Assembly (NCBI GenBank): GCA_002269645.1
Contig: NIVC01001103.1
Span: 248,001 to 312,000, forward strand
Reading direction: 5' to 3'
Length of the DNA stretch: 64,000 nt
DNA from: Macrostomum lignano
Taxonomy: Eukaryota
Shown one piece after another: positions 58,701-64,000 of this stretch. Position numbers and translations under genes: made by a program. The notes under the pieces are model-generated. The model ran no database searches. It saw only the letters and a list, made by a program, of their open reading frames with translations, and was not told where the DNA came from. Numbering within the stretch: position 1 is the stretch's first letter; each line of letters starts with the position of its first letter.

Positions 58701-59419
58701 CCGTTTGCCCATGTACAAAAAAGCAAATCTGTTTTAGAAAGCCAAACTGTCTATTTTTTAGCCTTGCCGCTTCTTGAGAATATTTTTCAAACTTTTCTTG
58801 AAACACTTGCGCATCAACCTCGGAAAAAAACATGTCATGGGGAACTCGAAAGTGAGTGCAGAAAGTGGGATATCACGCATTGGGAGTCAAGCTAATTTTC
58901 CTCTCATCTCATCAAAAAAGAATAAAAAGCCGCACACATAAACAACTGTTTAGAGCAGCAATTTCAAATGCAGGAAAGCGATCTGAGATGTACTTTTATT
59001 AAACAGTACAGGGAGTACTCTATCAGGCGGAACACACAGTTGACAATAATTCGAAAAAGCAAATCCTTTAATTAGAGAATAAAAAATGACAATGGCTGAT
59101 CTCACATGATTTTGCAGAATGAATGCTACTAGATTTACTATTCTGCACATTGAATCACAGTTATTGGCATTGATTTTGGATATCTATTTTTTATTCATCT
59201 CTGTACAGCAGAAAAAAATCAATATTGAACTTCGCTCTGTTAATAACTGCAGACTGTAAAGGCACTTCAACGTGCTGTATTGTTGCGGATGGAAACCAGC
59301 ACCATAGCAACGAGTGTTTACCACCCTGGAAACACCTTGAGAAACTTATTAAATGACTGAAGATTTTGGCTCGGAGTTAGACTGGATTGGGATCATGATC
59401 AGAAGCGTGCTCTGGCTGG

Positions 59420-60568
59420 GATCAGGGATGGGATCAAAGCTAGCATCATGGCTATGGTCATAGTCAAGATCATTGAGCTGGGATCATTTAGCTGGCATTA
59501 AAGCTGGGATCAAAGCTGGGATCTAGCTGGGATCAAAGCTGGAATCGTAGTCAAGATCTAGCTGGAATCTAGCTGGGATCATAGGGATCTACCTGGGATC
59601 TAGCTGGGATCATATCTGGGATCTAGCTTGGATCAAATCAGGGATGTAGCTGGGATCTAGCTTGGATCAAATCAGGGATCTAGCTGGGATCATAGTCGGG
59701 ATCTAACTGGGATCATAGCTGGGATATAGCTGGGATCATAGCTGGGATCTAGCTGGGATCATAGCTGGGATCTAGCTGGGATCTAGCTGGGATCTAGCTG
59801 GGATCTAACTGGGATCATAGCTGGGATATAGCTGGGATCATAGCTGGGATCTAGCTGGGATCTAGCTGGGATCATAGCTGGGATCTAGCTGGGATCTAGC
59901 TGGGATCATAGCTGGGATCTAGCTGGGATCTAGCTGGGATGTAGCTGGGATCATAATAGGGATCTAGCTGGGATCATAGTCGGGATCTAACTGGGATCAT
60001 AGCTGGGATATAGCTGGGATCTAACTGGGATCATAGCTGGGATATAGCTGGGATCATAGCTGGGATCTAGCTGGGATCTAGCTGGGATCATAGCTGGGAT
60101 CTAGCTGGGATCTAGCTGGGATCATAGCTGGGATCTAGCTGGGATCTAGCTGGGATGTAGCTGGGATCATAATAGGGATCTAGCTGGGATCATAGTCGGG
60201 ATCTAACTGGGATCATAGCTGGGATATAGCTGGGATCATAGCTGGGATCTAGCTGGGATCATAGCTGGGATCTAGCTGGGATCTAGCTGGGATCTAGCTG
60301 GGATCTAACTGGGATCATAGCTGGGATATAGCTGGGATCATAGCTGGGATCTAGCTGGGATCTAGCTGGGATCATAGCTGGGATCTAGCTGGGATCTAGC
60401 TGGGATCATAGCTGGGATCTAGCTGGGATCTAGCTGGGATCTAGCTGGGATCATAGCTGGGATGTAGCTGGGATCATAGTCGGGATCTAGCTGGGATCAT
60501 AGTCGGGATATAGCTGGGATCATAGCTGGGATCTAGCTACGATCTAGCTGGGATCTAGCTGGGATCTG
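59420..60568. repeat. 11/12-bp minisatellite (AGCTGGGATCT / AGCTGGGATCAT)n
   Basis: Directly visible; abuts the bZIP-1 reading frame. Confidence 0.95.
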
Positions 60569-63500
60569 GAATCCTGATTGAGATGACGGCAATCCGTAGC
60601 AAAGCTGGTAGATGACGCAGTTTCCAAAATCTGGCGAACATTCAGCAGCAGGCGGCTCAGCCACGGATCCAGCGGGTCGGCCTGCTCCAGCCGCCGGGTC
60701 AGGAAGCTGAGCAGGCAGCTGGGAGATGGGAAGTCGCCAAGCAGCTCGGCAAATTCCTGCCTGGCCGAATCGAGGCAGCGCCTCAGCCTGAGCAGCTCGA
60801 GTTCGCTGTGCCGGATTTGCTGGAGAAATAGAACAGTAGAATAGAACAATAAGATAGAACAATATGATAGGACAATAGGATAGAACAATAGGATAGAACA
60901 ATAGAATAGAACAATAGGATAGAACAATAGGATAGACCAATAGGATAGAACAATAAGATAAAACAATAGGATAGAACAATAGGATAGAACAATAGGATAG
61001 AACACTAGGATGGAACAGTAGGATAGAGCACTAGGATAGAACAGTAGGATAGAACAATAGGATAGAACAATAAGATAGAGCACTAGGATAGAGCACTAGG
61101 ATAGAACAGTAGGATAGAGCACTAGGATAGAACAGTAGGATAGAACAATAGGATAGAACAATAAGATAGAGCACTAGGATAGAGCACTAGGATAGAACAG
61201 TAGGATAGAACAATAGGATAGAACAATAAGATAGAGCACTAGGATAGAGCACTAGGATAGAACAGTAGGATAGAGCACTAGGATAGAACAATAGGATAGA
61301 ACAATAAGATAGAGCACTAGGATAGATCACTAGGATAGAGCACTAGGATAGAACAATAGGATAGAACAATAGGGTAGAACAACAGGATAGAACAATAGGA
61401 TAGAGCAACAGGATATAAGAATTTTCAGGAGAGAACGGTAGAATAAAAAATAGAATGGAACAACTGGAAGGCCCGGGATGGGCCAGGGAAGCCTCTGTGT
61501 TCGCTTTGCTCATGCAGAATCCATAATTGTATAATTTACACAAAACAGAAACACCGAGTTACAGAGCAGCCTCTCACATAATTTGGTATATAACTCCAAT
61601 TTTCTGCGGCCGATTTTGATAATTATTCAAAGCATTCAAGGCGGCAGTTTTTTCTATTAGTACTCGGTGAACTTTGGAAAAGAGACAATTTCCCAATTTT
61701 CGATACTTAACCGAGACCGAAATGCTGCTAGCAGTGAAAGGTGGTGGTTATGAGACTTTGAGCCAAGTCAGCCAGTCTATAAACAGCTTAGGTAAACAGA
61801 CTGATAAGGAAGCCCTGTGTAAGTGCTTGTTATCTGTCCACAGCCTTCAGTGCAGAAGTGTATCAATCTAGGCATCTACTTGACCAAAAGTGGACGCTAG
61901 TTAATTACTAATCTGCATCAGATTAAATTGCAAGCCACAAACTTTAAAATTGAATAACAAAGTAAATATGCTTTTTTACAGTAGCTAATTTTTGCTGTGC
62001 TTAGCTGATGAAACCGGTGTCTGGAACAAGTGAAGTCTGTGTGTATAGAACAGGTGAAGTTCGTGTCTAGAACAGGTGAAGTTCGTGTCTAAAACAGGTG
62101 AAGTTCGTGTCTAGAACAGGTAAAGCCCGTGTCTATAACAGGTAAAGCCCGTGTCTATAACAGGTAAAGCCCGTATCTATAACCAGTAAAGCCCGTATCT
62201 ATAACCGGTAAAGCCCGTGTCTATAACAGGTAAACCCCGTATATAGAACAGGTAAAGCCCATGTCTATAACAGGCAAAGCCCGTGTCTATAACAGGTAAA
62301 GCCCGTGTCTATGACTGCTAAAGCACGTATCTATAACCGGTAAAGCCCTTGTCTATAACAGGTAAACCCCGTGTCTGTAACAGGTAAACCCCGTATCTAT
62401 AACAGGTAAAGTCCGTGTCTATAGCAGGTAAAACCTGTATCTAGAACAGGTAAAGCCCGTGTCTATAACAGGTAAACCCCGTATATAGAACAGGTAAAGC
62501 CCATGTCTATAACAGGCAAAGCCCGTGTCTATAACAGGTAAAGCCCGTGTCTATGACTGCTAAAGCACGTATCTATAACCGGTAAAGCCCTTGTCTATAA
62601 CAGGTAAACCCCGTGTCTGTAACAGGTAAACCCCGTATCTATAACAGGTAAAGTCCGTGTCTATAGCAGGTAAAACCTGTATCTAGAACAGGTAAAGCCC
62701 GTGTCTATAACAGGTAAACCCCGTATATAGAACAGGTAAAGCCCATGTCTATAACAGGCAAAGCCCGTGTCTATAACAGGTAAAGCCCGTGTCTATGACT
62801 GCTAAAGCACGTATCTATAACCGGTAAAGCCCTTGTCTATAACAGGTAAACCCCGTGTCTGTAACAGGTAAACCCCGTATCTATAACAGGTAAAGTCCGT
62901 GTCTATAGCAGGTAAAACCTGTGTCTAGAACAGGTAAAGCCCGTGTCTATAGCAGGTAAAACCTGTGTCTAGAACAGGTAAAGCCCGTGTCTATGACAGG
63001 TAAAACCTGTGTCTAGAACAGGTAAAGCCCGTGCCTATGACAGGTAAAACCTGTGTCTAGAACAGGTAAAGCCCGTGTCTATGACTGCTAAAGCACGTAT
63101 CTATAACCGGTAAAGCCCTTGTCTATAACAGGTAAACCCCGTGTCTGTAACAGGTAAACCCCGTATCTATAACAGGTAAAGTCCGTGTCTATAGCAGGTA
63201 ATACCTGTGTCTAGAACAGGTAAAGCCCGTGTCTATAACAGGTAAACCCCGTATATAGAACAGGTAAAGCCCATGTCTATAACAGGCAAAGCCCGTGTCT
63301 ATAACAGGTAAACCCCGTGTCTGTAACAGGTAAACCCCGTATCTATAACAGGTAAAGTCCGTGTCTATAGCAGGTAAAACCTGTGTCTAGAACAGGTAAA
63401 GCCCGTGTCTATGACAGGTAAAACCTGTGTCTAGAACAGGTAAAGCCCGTGTCTATGACAGGCAAAACCTGTGTCTAGAACAGGTAAAGCCCGTGTCTAT

Positions 63501-63935
63501 GACAGGTAAAACCTGTGTCTAGAACAGGTAAAGCATGTGTATAGAACAGGTGAAGCTTGTGTCGTGTCTGAAAGAGGTAAAGACCTGTCTAGAACAGGTA
63601 AAGCCTCTGACAAGAACATGTGAAATTTGTGTCTAGAGCAGGTAAAGCCCGTGTCTATAACAGGTAAAAGCTGTGTCGAGAACAGGTAAAGCCAGTGTCT
63701 ATAACAGGTAAATCCCGTGTCTAGAACAGGTAAAGTTCATGCCTGTAACAGACAAAGCCGGTGTACGAGTACAAATAATTACCGGATTAGTCTGGGAGGT
63801 GGATCCTACAACCAACAAGTCACCAACCTCAGTCAGCTGGGAGAACTCCAGCCGTCGCTTCGCCCGGCACCTCCTCGCCGCCAACCGGTTGCCCGCCCGC
63901 CGTCTCTCCTGCATTTGCAGCGTCTCCTCGCTTAA
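60544..63935 (-). CDS. ATF3/Fos-type bZIP transcription factor, 5' exons outside window (bZIP-1)
   Basis: Exon 63935-63828 (108 nt: LSEETLQMQERRRAGNRLAARRCRAKRRLEFSQLTE) splices in phase 0 to 60819 (QIRHSELELLRLRRCLDSARQEFAELL, heptad L-S-L-A-L). 3' end is uncertain (TAG at 60544 or a further exon). Confidence 0.8.
60835..61415. repeat. 13-bp minisatellite (AGAACAATAGGAT)n, bZIP-1 intron
   Basis: Directly visible; pyrimidine-rich on the transcribed strand, running into the acceptor. Confidence 0.95.
62020..63745. repeat. 22-bp minisatellite (CTATAACAGGTAAAGCCCGTGT)n with higher-order block repeats, bZIP-1 intron
   Basis: Directly visible; variant GACTGCTAAAGCACGT recurs at roughly 0.24-0.3-kb intervals. 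Confidence 0.95.
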
Positions 63936-64000
63936 CTGCATGTGGAAAACATGGATTTGGGACAAAACGCTATCCTGGCTACTAATAGCGGTGTAATAAG

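Noticed and set aside
62005-62040. CTGATGA (also at 8636) as a hammerhead ribozyme core
   Set aside because: No stem II followed by GAAA and no closing stems found.

Overview
Eukaryotic (metazoan) genomic DNA with GT-AG introns and no prokaryotic features. By my boundary estimates about 36 kb (~56%) is tandem repeat, in about 25 arrays with mostly unrelated units. Short GC-rich exons, minisatellite-filled introns and an RTE-type LINE relic suggest a Macrostomum-like free-living flatworm (inference). I reconstructed six intron-containing genes by hand with phase-consistent splice sites: (1) a divergent GABA-B-family class C GPCR (+, 5'-truncated, ends 8639); (2) a 535-aa SLC1/EAAT-family transporter with rewired Na+-site and hairpin motifs (+, 17056-26876); (3,4) a tandem pair of diverged, probably NTF2/SnoaL-fold proteins (-, 44889-47203 and 48470-50758); (5,6) a tandem pair of ATF3/Fos-type bZIP factors (-, 54538-56948 and 60544->63935). 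Mobile DNA includes a tRNA-headed CORE-type SINE, several hAT-like TIR elements carrying different cargo (an RT-deleted RTE fragment, a microsatellite, a minisatellite) and a 14.2-kb 15/16-bp satellite that looks like one expanded arm of a foldback element. A decayed unknown ORF split by a 372-bp insertion is followed by 1,857 bp with no CpG. Most long ORFs in the supplied track are repeat artefacts.
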